DNA of 64,000 nucleotides, taken from NCBI RefSeq assembly GCF_009914755.1, contig NC_060936.1; one strand, given 5' to 3'. A model generated the notes under the pieces. The model did not search any database and was not told the origin of the DNA. It was given only the letters and a program-made list of their open reading frames with translations. Positions 44,510-59,310 of the stretch are shown here, piece by piece. The stretch comes from the human T2T-CHM13v2.0 reference genome, Homo sapiens. The position numbers and the translations under genes were made by a program. Within the stretch, counting starts at the first letter, position 1. Every line of letters begins with the position of its first letter.

Positions 44510-45409
44510 GGTAGAAGAAAAAAAATATTTTTCCTTCAGTGACAGTTTTTGGTAAATAATAGCAAGAAAACCTTTTCTGAAGTTATAGTTAAAAATATGA
44601 GCATCACCTGAAAGTCATTTGGACAGATGCATTTAAGTTGACAAGTCTTTTTGGTTTATACTTTAATTATTATTTGCTACTTTTATTGCGTTATGGTCAC
44701 CAACTGTGGCCTGGATTATTTTTTGAATTTTCCATTTATGAAGTTTTCTTTTTCACTTACTATATAGTTGACTTTTGTAAATGCTACCTGATGGCTTAAA
44801 AAGTGGCATATTATCTGCTTTTGGTTAATGTATCTTTGTATGTTTGTGTGGAATACTGTGTGTCTAATTCTAGGCAGCACAAATATATGTTGGTAGAATA
44901 ACACCTGGTTTTTGGCAATATAATATTTCTCTTTCTGTAAAAATGTGTGACACTTTTGCTTGGTATAAAATTCTTGCTTGGTATAAAAACATATTCGTTA
45001 GATAAAAGATATTCGACAATCTCACTGAGAGACACGAAGGCTACTTGGGTTATGGGGAGGTATGTCATCCCCTTTGCAAATTATGAGTATTTTTGGATCA
45101 TCTGTAGCTGGGGGCAGGACTCTTTCAAAGGAGAGGCGATGTGGGCTATAGTGAGGAGACACTGTTTCTCAAATTCCATGTGAATCTCTGGCCTTCAGGG
45201 GCATTTGATACGTGAACGTGGCTAAAGGATCTCAAGATGAGAAACTTGCTTCATTGTTAAAGTTATGGGCTCAGCTGTCAGGGTCATACTCTGCACAGAG
45301 CAGGAGGAAAGTTCCTAGGCATTCCTGCCTGCCAACAGGGCCAGCCGCTGGTGCTGCACAATGGATCCTTAGAAGATGAACCTGGAAGAGAAGGCAAGTA
45401 GACTTTTCA

Positions 45410-45854
<445 letters not shown>

Positions 45855-46629
45855 TTAGGTAATTTTTGACCTACTATAAATGTTTGTTAGTTTTGCTTTC
45901 TAGTAAGATATCTTTTTTGATATATATATTGGCTACTGTGATAAAAAATTTAGGGAAATAATGTCATACTATTGTGGTTGTCCAGTGGTAAAATTGTCCT
46001 GAAATTTCTTAGAAGGGTTCCTCAGGCAAATGAGATATGAAGCCACCTTAAAATAAAATCACCTGGGCCACTCTTATCTTGATTTTTTTTTTTTAGCATT
46101 AATATTTTCCTACTGTTTGAAGTCCACCATTTTCTTAAGACTTTTAAAGTGTGAAATGGCACACCTGCATCCAAAGGATTCGACCAGTGGGGCACCTGCT
46201 GCATTTAAAATCTAGGGCTCTCAAATAAATCCAGCTTTACTTAAGCCTGACCAAATAAGTATTGAAAATCTTAATGAAAAGGAGCTTGATGTTATTGGCT
46301 TATTTTCCACTTTATTGAGTTTCTGTCACAGTTGCCTGAACAATGTTCGATGACTTAATTTAATTTATTTTCTTTCTGGGGGACAGGCAGGAAAGAAATT
46401 CACACAGAAAGAGGAAGACCTTAAAGGTAAACAGATGTATGTAGAAAATTAGAATGTGGACTGGCAAATCTAAGATAATTGTACTGAAATACTGATTAGA
46501 CATTACAAAAGGGGCTGAGTTCTCTGATAAGCTTACTTGAAATTATAAATACTTTAACAAATAAGTTGAAGAAAAAGTGATCTACTAGAAAAGAACACCA
46601 GCCAGGAACCAGGAGACTTGGTTTGTGTT

Positions 46630-46850
46630 TTAAAAAGCCCATAAATTCATGGGCTCCAGAATTTAAGCCTTAAAGGGACTACTTCCTAGCTCTGTGACTT
46701 TGGGCAGGTTGCCTTCTTTTTCTGCAAAATGGGGATGGGAATTGTAACCTACCTGATAGATATTTTTCAAGAACAAAATGAGTAAGTACATGCGAAATGC
46801 ATAGAACAGTGCCTGGCAAATAGTTAAGTGCTCAATAAATGTTGAAAATT
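46630..46850 (+). mobile_element. MIR
   Basis: 'ttcctagctctgtgactttgggcaggtt...ctgcaaaatgggg...agaacagtgcctggca...gtgctcaataaatgtt'. Confidence 0.8.
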
Positions 46851-47302
46851 ATAATTTCCAAGTAATTTAATTTTTTTTAGAGCTCAGCTTTCTCATTTGT
46901 TTAAGAATAATTCTTCCTGCCCTTCTTGTATGGGCAATAAGAAGGTTTTACCCTCATTTGTTTAAGAATAGTTTTTTCCTGCCCTTCTTGTATGGGTAAT
47001 AAGAATAGTTTTTCCTGCCCTTCTTGTACGGGAATAAGAAAGATCACTTGCCTGAAAGAATTTTCTCTCCAGGAGGAGAGATAAAACATTAAAGTCAAGC
47101 GCTCAAAGCATCAGACGTCACTAAAAGACATCCGAGGTCACTTTGGTCTGGGAGGATAATGAAAGTCTTCCTAACCTTAGTGCCAGCACTGGTTGCTGAA
47201 CTTGAGTATATAAAGTAATGACATTTAGAAAACAATTTTGGAAACGAAACACAGATGTCCAACTTTATTTTGCCAAATAATGGGGTTAAAAACCTCTCTC
47301 TA

Positions 47303-47695
<393 letters not shown>

Positions 47696-48329
47696 TTATC
47701 TCAGTCCAAAGACAGTGCTTTAAATTGAATCTATTTACTTTTACGGAATCTTGTTCGGTTGTAATTTTTCTTTTACCCCTTTGACTTAGGTGGAATTTAA
47801 TCATGGACCAAACAACCTACATACCAGCATTTGGGAAGGTCTACTTTTGAGAGTGAGGATTTCAATAGCCAAAGGTCATGAATAGGAAGAGGAGAAAGCA
47901 TTTGAGCAAAGGCATCTGTATAAACAAAGACACAGGGCTGCAGCATTGGGACAGTAAATGCTAGCTGCTTCATTAGGCAAATCCCGAATTCCAGTGTTGT
48001 AACAAAATACATGTATTTTTCACTTACGTAAAACCTGATATAGGTCAGACAATCCTCTTTCGTCATGTAGCTATGCCATTTGGAGCATGTGCCCTCCAAG
48101 GTGACTGGCAGGGGAGGAGAGAGGTGAACGCACTTGGCTCACAACTGCATTCACCTGGAAGTGATGCCTGTCATGAGCAGAACCAGTCAAAGGGCCCCAT
48201 TCTTAGTGCCCAAGGGCCTGGAAGAGTGGACGTTTCCATGGGTATTGGTGAGCATCGGACTGACCAGCATGGTGGGAAAGTAGGAGGAAAACTGTTCAGT
48301 TGGGAGTGTATACAATTCTGGAAGGGGGT

Positions 48330-49020
48330 GATGTGAGGTAAGAGCTGGGAAAAAACCAGCTGTAATGATTACAGCAAGAACATGAACTCAGGGCTAAGGA
48401 TTTTAAGGGTTAATAGGAATATCTTTATATTTTTGAGCGGGGACTAATACTAGACCCTTCTTCACAAATAATAGTTACCACAGGAAATAGATTTAAGGAG
48501 AAACAGCATAAATGAGGCAGTGATTCTGAAGCCAAATTTGAAAAACACTATGGTAGTAGAATTGATAGAAATTCTCAACAACTTCATGTACACAGGGGAA
48601 CAGAGAAAACTAAGAAGAGGGAGACATTGAAGACCAATCTAAGGCCTCTTGTCTTGAAGGTTGGATAGATGATGTTAAATGAAACAGAATATCACAGGAA
48701 AAGCAAGCTTTGAAGAGCAGCATGATGATTGTGCCAAGTAATTCACTGCTGCACCTGCTGGGTTTTATGAGCCAGAGGGATATCAAGACGCAGATGCCCA
48801 AGAGACAAACATTTCAGTCTGGAGGGAAAGCAGAGATTGGGACTGCCATTCAGAAGATAGCTAAAGGTCTGGGAGTGAATGAGATCTCTGAGTGGCCTAA
48901 GTGCAGAGGTATAGGAGCAGGTGGCAGAAAAAGAGCCTTCCACACTACATTTGGGCCCTTTTTTTAGTGCAGACGGGAGAGAAAGTTAAGATGTGAAGAA
49001 GCCAGAGGAGTGATAAGAGA
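48330..49020 (-). mobile_element. Degraded L2
   Basis: 'gtagaattgatagaa', 'gagattgggactgccattcagaagatagctaaaggtctgggagtgaatgagatc'. Confidence 0.55.
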
Positions 49021-49325
49021 GGCCTGGGGACGATAGGGATGGAGGGGAGGGTTGGGGGTGTGGCTCAGACCTGCCTGGCTTGCTGGCATGTGGCTGGAAG
49101 AAAAAAAATCAACATGTGCTGCCAGGAATCAGTTTAAACTTTCAAACCTCAGATGAGCCTACAGAGCCTTCCCGAAATCTTCTTGTATTCTCCCTAGTGA
49201 ATTCACCTTCCCGCTTCCAAAAAGGAATATTCTACACTTTCTCCTCTCTCATTAAGCCTTCAACACTCCCTCCCATTCCTTACTCTTGGTCGATAACCTT
49301 GTTTCTTGTGTCATTAAGAAAAATG

Positions 49326-49628
<303 letters not shown>

Positions 49629-49689
49629 GAGACAATGACCTCATCTTCCCACCACCACATCTACCCGGGGGTCCGCGCTCCCTCCATGC

Positions 49690-51240
49690 CTCCATGTGTG
49701 CAATGATGTCCTCCTCATCTGGTTCCCCCTGCATCACTCTGACCTCCTCTCTCCTGGATCGTCTCCATCAGCACATACATGTGTTGAAATATCTCCCATC
49801 TTGAAAAGCTCTTCCTAGCACCCCCACCCCCTCCCATTTCTACCTCACTTATCATTCCTTGATAGCAAAACTCCTCAGCAGGATTTCCCAGCTTAACGGC
49901 CTTCGCCTGGTGTTCTCTATTTCACACTAATCAATCCTGTTCTCATATTCTGCTTAGAGGGCTCTTGCCAACATCCGCAATGACATTCATCTTGCCAAAT
50001 CCAGTGGTCCGTTCTTGGTATTCATTTACCTGAATGCTTACAAGCTTCTGACAAAATTGATCACTTCCTCCCTATTGAAATGCTCACTTCTGGGACCCCT
50101 AACTGCCATGGTTTCCTCTTTACCTTGCTTGGCCTTCCTTCTCGGTTTCTTTAGCTGGCTGCTCTAAACGCAGGAGCGCCCCAGGCCTCTGTCCCTGGAT
50201 TGTTCTCTACCCACACTTGCTCTCTGCATGACCTTATTCAGCTATTTGGTTACATGTACTATCTCCATACACAGGACTTCCAAGTTTTCTCCAGTTCTGA
50301 CCTTTCCATTGAGTTTTAGATTTCTGTATCCATCACCTATTTGACATCTGTAACGGAATGACTAATAGCAACTTAAACCCAACTGCCCAAAATAGAACTA
50401 TTGGTTCCCTGCCACACCACTTCCAAGTCCTCCCAGCACTCAAGCCCTCCCTGTCTTCCAGCTCTCCATTTCCCTTCCTCCCCCACAGACCACACCATCC
50501 CTCCACTGGCTTTTGCAACAGCCTCTGGAGTGGCCTTTCTATTTCCACTCTTGCCTCTTCCCATACTTAGGATGTACTCTGTGCCATAGCCAGAGTGATC
50601 CTTTTCAAATGGAAATTAGGCCATGTTACTTCACATAAAGGTTTTCCATAACCTTTATAATAAAACCCGGCACCCCTTCTGGGGACTCCAAGGCCCTATG
50701 TGCCCTCTTCTTTCTGACCTCATCTCTCTCTGGCTACTCCTTGCTTTGCTTGTCCCGTTCTAGCCATACCAGCTTCCTCTTGTTCCTCCAACAACCAAGG
50801 ATGCCTGGATGCCACAGCCTTTGCATTGCTGTTCCCTTTGCCTTACTTTCTCCCAGGTGCCTAGTGGCTCACTCCCTCACTTGCTTCATCAGGTCTCTGC
50901 TCAAATATCACCTCCCAAGAGAAGCATGCCTTGACAATCCTGTCTAAAACGGCCACTCCCTACACCCTTTCTAGCCTTTTTGTTATGTTTGGTTTTTCCT
51001 CATGGTCCTTGTCACTACCTAAATTTATATCTGTTTCCTTTTAAATTGTCTGCCTCTAATACTAGAACATGAGATGCACAAGGGCAGAATAAGGGAGAAC
51101 GATCTGCTTTATTTACACCTGTGTCCAGTGTTGACTACGGGCCTACTGCTCAGCGGTACAGCTGTCTAGACTGTCTGCTCTCTTACTGTGTCTGGCACAC
51201 AGCAGGAAGTCAATAAATATGTACTGAATGAATGAATGAG
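49690..51240 (+). mobile_element. L2 (L2a-like) 3' portion
   Basis: 'cttgccaaatccagtgg', 'gccagagtgatccttt', and the terminal 'caataaatatgtactgaatgaatgaatga'. Confidence 0.85.
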
Positions 51241-51344
51241 CACATTTTATTGTGCAGAATCTTGCAAACCACAGTGAGTGGGATATGACAGGGATAACCC
51301 ATGAACAGCCTTCATTTCCCGTTTTTAAGATTTTGGCTTTCTTG

Positions 51345-51665
51345 TTTTTGAGAAAGGGTTTCACTCTGTCACCCAGGCCATAGTGCAGTGATGTCATCAC
51401 AGCTGACTGCAGCCTTAACTTTCCCCTAGTGTATTCACCTTCTCACTTCCAAAGTGATCCTCCTGCTACAGCCTCCTGAGTAGTTGGGACCACAGGCGTG
51501 CACCACCATGTCTGGCTAATTAAAAAAAAATTTTTTTTTTTTTTTGTAGAAATGGTGTCTCCCTATGTTGTCCAGGCAAATCTCGAGCTCCTGGGCTTAG
51601 GCAATCCTCCCACCTCAACCTCCCAATGTGCTGGGATTACAGATGTGAGCCACTGTGCCCAGCCT
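51345..51665 (-). mobile_element. AluJ
   Basis: Degenerate antisense dimer. Confidence 0.88.
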
Positions 51666-51689
51666 GCCCCCGCCTCTTTTTTTTTTTTT

Positions 51690-52340
<651 letters not shown>

Positions 52341-52850
52341 TTCCAGTTACCACATAGATGTGTATCCATCACCTATTTGCTATCTGTAATGGGATAGGGG
52401 TAGATGTGGTAACTGGAAACATTCAGATTCCACACGCAAATTCTGGCTTCTCCATTTTTCATACCTTCATCCTCAATGGCTCCTCTTTCCCCTCCTAATT
52501 TCTCCAGCTCCTCAGCACTCCCTCAGAAAATTAAACCTTTTTTTTTTAATTGCAAGAATTGCATAACTTGGGAAAAAAGGCCGTAAAGTGTTAGAGATCA
52601 TGCTGCCATCTAAAGGATGGAAACGGTAGGAGGCTTGCCTTGTTAGCAAAAGCCAGAGACAAAACTGGGAATTTCATTAGCGGAGAGGCAGGTAAGAACC
52701 ACTCAGCCTGCTGAGAAAAGCTCTTGTTCTCTTCGGTGACCTAAGGAAATGAAGGTTGCTGGGTAATTAGCATAAGTGTCTGCAACAGATTTAAAGGCAG
52801 GAAATCACATTTGGATCTGCTTTTACTCCCGTTTTTTATTTTTGGTGGTT

Positions 52851-52887
<37 letters not shown>
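52851..52887. repeat. (GT)n microsatellite
   Basis: Read directly from the sequence. Confidence 0.97.
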
Positions 52888-52889
<2 letters not shown>

Positions 52890-53932
52890 TAGGAGAAGGA
52901 GATTTTTTTTTCTTCTCACAAAAAAAGAGTTTAAAAAGATTAACATGGTTGTCTTTGGGTGATGAAAATGTGGTATTTTATCCCTCTTTGTTTCATTTCT
53001 CTGAAGTGTCTTCAAAGTACATTATTACTTAAGTGATTTAAAAAATGATTTAATTTTTAAATTTAAATAGGGGTAGGAGCAAGGTTGTTCCAGAAAAGTC
53101 TATGCCTTGTGAAGATCGAATTAAAAGAAATCTTTGATCACACTGAAAATCAATTACACTGAAGAGTTAATCCGACATTTTGTGTTTTCGTTCTTTGAAG
53201 AGGCCTATTTCCTAGGCTCCGCTTGAAAAAAAAAAGACAGGTTTAAATTGCAGAACAAATTTAAGTTAGAATTCTAGAAAATAGTTGGATAGTTCAATAA
53301 TCTATCTATCTAAGCAGCCCCAGGATGCTCACAGAACTGCATTTGGGCTGACAAACGGAGAGTTTGAAGAGAGCCACACACATGCCAAATGACAGGAAAA
53401 CCCTCAAAATGTTTACCAAAGTAAACATGCCTGGTCTGCAAGGCTTACAGCTGAAACAGACAGATGAAGGAACTTGAGGGTTCCATTGCTAGAGCACTTT
53501 CTGGAGGAAAACTGGAGATAATATACATTATGAACTGAGGTTGGGATTTAGGACCAATCTTTTAGTGTCTAGCCATGGAGCCTCAGGGATTTACTAGCAG
53601 AGAGGATCAGAGAAAAGCTAAGCAGGCAAGACAAGCCTGGTGTGAGTTCTTGCATTTATAGGTCTTCGTGGATTTATGTTCTACAACTGACATCTGCTGA
53701 ATAATAATAATAGCTGGCGTTTGTTGAGGAGTTATTCTGTGCCAGAAATTGTGCTAAGTGCTTTGGAGATATTATGTCACTTAATCTACCTCCAAATCTG
53801 ATCGATAAGTGCTAATAATATAGCATATTAAATAACATTCCCCAAAACCGAGGAATTTCATTTATTTCCCTAAATTCACACAGCTAATATGTAGGTACAG
53901 TACAGTCTGAGTCCATAAATTTAGCAACAATA

Positions 53933-54136
53933 CTGTAAGGCCTCACTAACATCATCAATAAGTTCCTGGAAACTTCAACTTTAAGTGAAAGGAGGTACAG
54001 CAAGTCCTCAAATAGCATTTCCTTCAATGTCTCATTTTGTTACAACATTGATAAAAAAAATTGGTTTTGTTATACATAATTTCACTTAAAGTCAGTTTCC
54101 AAGAATCTATCAATAATGATAAGTGAGAACTTACTG
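53933..54136. mobile_element. MER6B-like TcMar-Tigger MITE
   Basis: Long imperfect TIRs (ctgtaaggcctcac...ggaaact...actttaagtgaaa / tttcacttaaagt...agtttcc...gtgagaacttactg), flanked by TA. Confidence 0.8.
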
Positions 54137-54302
54137 TACTCTGTTATCCTAGCTAGAACTTGTCTTCAGTTTTGCTTGCATAACCCCTACCGGAATTTTG
54201 ATAATCAATACTTGCATACTTTTATGTTGACATATACTGTTTTTCATCATAAGTCAAAAACCTTACAAAAGATGTAATATATGTTTTAAAACACTCTTAA
54301 GA

Positions 54303-54610
54303 GGCTGGTCACAGTGGTTCATGCCTGTAATCTCAACACTTTGGGAAGCTAAGGTGGGAGGATCTCTTGAGGCCAGGAGTTTGAGACAGCTTGGGCAACA
54401 TAGTGAGACCCCATTTCTGCAAAAAATTTACAAAAATTAGCCAGGTGTGGTGGGCCGTACCTGTAGTCCCAGCTCCTGGGGAGGCTGAGGTGGGAGGATT
54501 GCTTGACCTCAGGAGTTTGAGCTTGCAATGAGCTTTCATGGCTTCACTGCACTCCAGCCTGGGCAACAGAGGGAGACCTTGTCTCTAAAAACACAAAAAA
54601 GATGAAAAAT
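54303..54610 (+). mobile_element. AluJ
   Basis: J-type dimer with TSD aaaacactcttaa. Confidence 0.92.
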
Positions 54611-54910
54611 AAAACACTCTTAAAATATTTGATATTTGAAATTGTATTTTTACCCTACTTCTCTTACAGAATTTTATCATAATGTAACATATTTTTGCAC
54701 TTCTATGGTTGTTCAAGGTGATGGTTAGTTTTTGTGTCAACTTGTCTAGGCTATAGTTCCCAGTTGTTCAATCAACACTGTCTAAGTATTGCTGACAAGG
54801 CATTTTACAGATGTTGTTAACATCTACAATCAGTTGACTTTAAGTAAAGGTTAACATCTACAATCAGTTTACTTGAGTTAAAGGAGACCATCCTTGATAA
54901 TGTGGGTGGT

Positions 54911-55285
54911 TGAATTAGTTTGTACTTGCACTGCTATAAAGAAATACCTGAGACTAGGCAATTTATAAAGAAAAGAGGTTTAATTGGCTTATGGTTCTGC
55001 AGGCTGTACAGGAAGCATGACTGGGGAGGCTTCAGGAAACTTACAATCTTGGTGGAAGGCGAAGGGGAAGCATGCACCTCTTACATGGCCGGAGCAAGAG
55101 GAAGGTGGGGGAGGTGCCACTCACTTTTAAACAACCAGATCGCGTGAGCACTCTATCAGGAGAAGAGCACCAAAGGGGGAAATCTGTCGCCATGATTCAA
55201 TCACCTCTCACCAAACCCACCTCCAACATTAGGGATTATTATTTAACATGACAGTTGGGTGGGGACACAAATCCAAACCATGTCA
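54911..55285 (-). mobile_element. MSTA-type MaLR LTR
   Basis: 'ctgctataaagaaatacctgagact...ccaaaccatgtca', 5-bp TSD gtggt. Confidence 0.9.
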
Positions 55286-55415
55286 GTGGTGATTCATCTA
55301 GTTAGGTGAAGGCCCTAAGAGCAAAAATTGAGAAAGATTTTCTGAAGATGAAAACTCAAGACTGCAACATTAACTCCTGCCTGAGTCTCCAGCCTGTCAG
55401 CCTACCCCACAGATT

Positions 55416-55722
55416 TGTTAAAATATAAACTAAGTCACATTCAAATTTGGGTGGACAATGAATCATAAGTTGGGCAGTTCCAGACCATAGGCAGTTCAGG
55501 GCTCCAGAAAAGGAGAACAAGGGGGAGCTTTTATATGGTGAATGTGGAAGCAAGGCAAAGCAATCATTCCAGTGGAAAGTCCCTAGCTAGAGGTGAGGTG
55601 GTGGTTTCTGACAGGCCTGGACTATGACCATTTACATCTAGTTGGGTTTCAGTTTGCTTACATAGGAACCCAGGGTGCTGGAGCTGCCGTGGTTTAATGG
55701 CCTTCCAAAAATTATTTCAACA
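55416..55722 (-). mobile_element. MER93-like ERV1 LTR
   Basis: 'tttgcttacataggaacccagggtgctggagc...taatggcc...aattatttcaaca', 4-bp TSD gatt. Confidence 0.75.
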
Positions 55723-56985
55723 GATTTCAGGATTCCAAGGCTCCACAATCAAATGAGTCAATTACAAAAAAACAAAAAAAACAAAAAAAACAACAACAAA
55801 AAAACTCTTTCTCTCCCTCTTTCTGGCTGTCCATTATCTTCTGTTTCTCTTGAGTCCCTGGATACATTCACCCTAGTAAACTTAAACGCAGCAGCAACAA
55901 CAAATATATAAAATTGAAGTTAAAAATTACCTATAATTTTTTGTGACGATAAGGTTACTAGTGTTAAAATATTTCTTTGGCATCAAATTATCACTGTAAT
56001 TATTAATAGTCTGCAGCTACTCAAAATGGTATAAATGTATTAAAACATTTGGTAATTATTTTTAAAAAGGAGAAATATATAGAAAATGCATCTCAATTAG
56101 ATTCACTGAGGGGTATGTTTGTGAAACTATGGGGGCTTGATTAAAATAATTAATGTAATTGTATCTTTGGTTCTAGAACCATCTTAAGGTTTGAGATGGG
56201 TGACAGGTAGACCTTTTTTTTTTTTTTTTTTTTTTTTGGTAAATCAGGAGAAAAATGACCAAGAAATAGGAGAGTGCATTATCAGGCTGTTAACAGTTAT
56301 AGGAAGAGTACCTGTAAAAGCAGAGGATAGGAAGACGGATTACTTTAAAACCCTCGGGGACCTAGTAACTTCTAAAATCTTTTTGCATCTCTGGAGCAAC
56401 TGTGCCCCCCTTGGAAGGCTGTTGCTTATTTCTCTGGGTTTCAAAGTTACCCTGTTTCGCTCTCAAATATCCTAGTCGTGGACCTGGTTTGAACTTAGCA
56501 ATTTTGGCAAATCTCTGGTTTTCGCCTATTTTCTGGCTTCTGTTAATTTGGGTGCATTGTCATCCTTTGGCTTTCATGTCCATGCTGGGTCTGGACTATC
56601 TTCCTTATTTGTTCTCAAGGCTCCTGTTCAGGGAGTTTCCTTGGTTTCCCAGCTTTTTACCTTCACAGCTTGATGTTCTGTTATTCACATCCCCAAATGG
56701 TGCGATTGAGTATGATCACCTCAGGGGGGCTAGACAGCTGTTGGAGGCTGTGGCTGGATCCGTCTGTCAGCCATCTTGCTTTTACTGATTAGTTCATGAG
56801 GGACCAATTACATTAAAAAGCATCACATTGTTCTTCTTGGAAATCTGGCCCCTTTGTCTGCTGCAAACTGTTTCCATTTTTCCTGCTTTATTTTTATATA
56901 CCTTTTGGTCTTCTGTCCCTTTTAAACTTAATTGCTTTTGTACTTCCTTCCTTGGCTTTAGATTGCTTTTGTTTTGTGATTCTCT

Positions 56986-57370
56986 TGATAAAAGAAAAAA
57001 CTTCAGCCAAATTAACTTTAAAGGAGTTTAATTGAGCAACGAACAATTCGTGAATCAGGCAGCCTTCTGAGCAGTAGTAGGCTCAGAGAGACTCCAGCGT
57101 AGCCATGTGGTGGAAGATTTATGGGCAGAAAAAGGAAAGTGACATACAGAAAGCAGAAGTGAGGTACAGAAACAACTGGATTGGTTACAGCTCAGCGTTT
57201 GCCTTATTTGAACACGGTTTGAACAATTGGCTACATTAATTGGCCAGAACTCAGTGTAGGCTAAAGTCTGATTATACCTCCATTTGTTATAGTTCACGAA
57301 GTACAGAATAACCTTTAGGGCAAACTTAAAATATGGAAGGAAGCAGCTTTAGGCTAAACTTGATTTAGCA
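56986..57370 (-). mobile_element. MER57-type ERV1 LTR
   Basis: 'aaagaaaaaacttcagccaaattaa...gcagctttaggctaaacttgatttagca', TSD ctct. Confidence 0.85.
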
Positions 57371-57690
57371 CTCTAAATGCCAGTAAAGATCAAACTATAA
57401 AAAATAATGTTAAAATTTACTAAAATTTTGATATTGAAGGAACATCATAAATCATAATTCCTGCATGTGTGTGAACTAGGTTTTGGGAATGTGCAGAAGT
57501 TATTTAAGCCTAGGGGGTTTCTGAGGGTATGAGAGAAGCAACCAACATTCCTCTAGGACTTTCCAACCTAGATGTGATGTGGTGCATTACACGTGCTTCT
57601 GTCATGCTTTCCATCTTGTCAACCATGCTACTGACCCTAGTGGTTGAAATAGGATGGAAGAAGAAGGATTGGTGGTTTGCCAATATTTAA

Positions 57691-58024
<334 letters not shown>

Positions 58025-59184
58025 TGGGATGCTTTCTTTTGTTCTGTAGGCACCAACTTCTTCTCCTGATGGTGGATTTCTAATCTGTAGTTCTCTTGTT
58101 CCAGTGGAATGCTCTTGCTTATTTCATCTTTAGATCCTTGCAATCAGGGGGTCTACCTCTGGCTTCTGTTTGCTGAGGTTTCATTAGCTTCTCTAGGTAG
58201 CTCTATTGAATGGGATGAAAAACAACCTCTCTGCTGGCTCTTTCTCTCACACATGAAACTCACATAGTGCCCATGCTTGTCCATGTGGTTCTTTGTGTTT
58301 ATTAGAAAGAGGTGCCCATTTCTCAAGACACTTTATGGGGAAGTTGTTGTAATATATACTGGTTTTGTTAGAACAAGAACTTCTATTGCCGTCTACTAGA
58401 AAGTAAATATACAAACTTACGATGACTACCATGTGAATAAATCTTGACATTAGATGTTGTACCCTTGACAGCATACAACTTGCGCACCATGCATGGTGAC
58501 CCTAGGCCCACACATTGTATAGAAGAAACACATGATTTGCCTAGATGAACTTTGGAAATGAAGGCTGATTCCAAAACAGAAGCAAACTCTTCTTTATCCA
58601 GCTTTCATCAGTTAGGAGGATTGCCTTACTCTCAGAGTAGTCTTCTTGAAGCTCTCTCTTGCCCTCATGAGGTAAGGGTCAGGTTTTCCCTAAACTCCTT
58701 TGCGATGTTGAAGCACTGGGATTCAGAGAGGGGCAACAGCTGTTCCCAAATAAATTATTTTCACAAATTCTTACCAATATTTATCAATATGCCCTTTTAT
58801 AACCTTGATGTACACGAAGGATTTTAAGAGCTATTGTTAAGGAGTTTTTGGCTAACTCCTTTGCAACTTCTGCATATGGTCTCGTACTTTATCATCTATT
58901 TTTTTCCTTGCTGTTTCAGTTGTAACTTCTGTTTTAACTTATTACAAACAAAATAGAAAATGCAAATCTTTCTCCAAAGATGATAAACATCTCTCCGCTT
59001 ACTCCAATGAGAATATTTTAATATGGATAGAATTAATCTTCACTAGAAAACTAAAATTTACCGAAGCATATATCTTTTATGGGTTTGGTATAAGAGCAGC
59101 AGGGAAAATTTCTTTCAGAACAATTTATTGTGGAGAGTATCATGAGAGTCTCATCTTTGTCCTTTCTAGAAGACACTAAGGATC

Positions 59185-59310
59185 ATGTGAAAGAGCTCCC
59201 TGAGGACAGATTAAGAGGAGATGAGTTAAAGCTGCAAATACCAAGATTTAAGGTTAAGTATGAAGAATTTCCTGATAGAGAAAATTCTTTAGCACTGGAA
59301 TTAAATATCA
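59185..59310 (+). mobile_element. CR1/L3 fragment
   Basis: 'gaggacagattaagaggagatgagttaaagctgca...agatttaaggtta...gaagaatttcctga...gcactggaat' follows the CR1 3' core. Confidence 0.6.

Larger units (their letters stand above)
42959..44544 (+). mobile_element. MER31-like ERV1 LTR, host of two nested LTRs
   Basis: 'ggttcaagacactctaccccaaaatatggtaccttg' start. The host sequence resumes after each insert. Confidence 0.7.
54717..55866 (+). mobile_element. MLT2D-like ERVL LTR, host of two nested LTRs
   Basis: 'gtgatggttagtttttgtgtcaacttg...aatcagttgactttaagtaaagg...ctgtttctct'. Confidence 0.8.

Noticed and set aside
46892-47040. CRISPR-like repeat array
   Set aside because: Tandem duplications without unique spacers, in eukaryotic DNA.
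58485-58498. 14-bp palindrome caccatgcatggtg, and 8-bp-arm hairpins near 24320, 31594 and 31724
   Set aside because: Palindromes of this size are expected by chance in 64 kb. The first may lie in a decayed MER91-like element.
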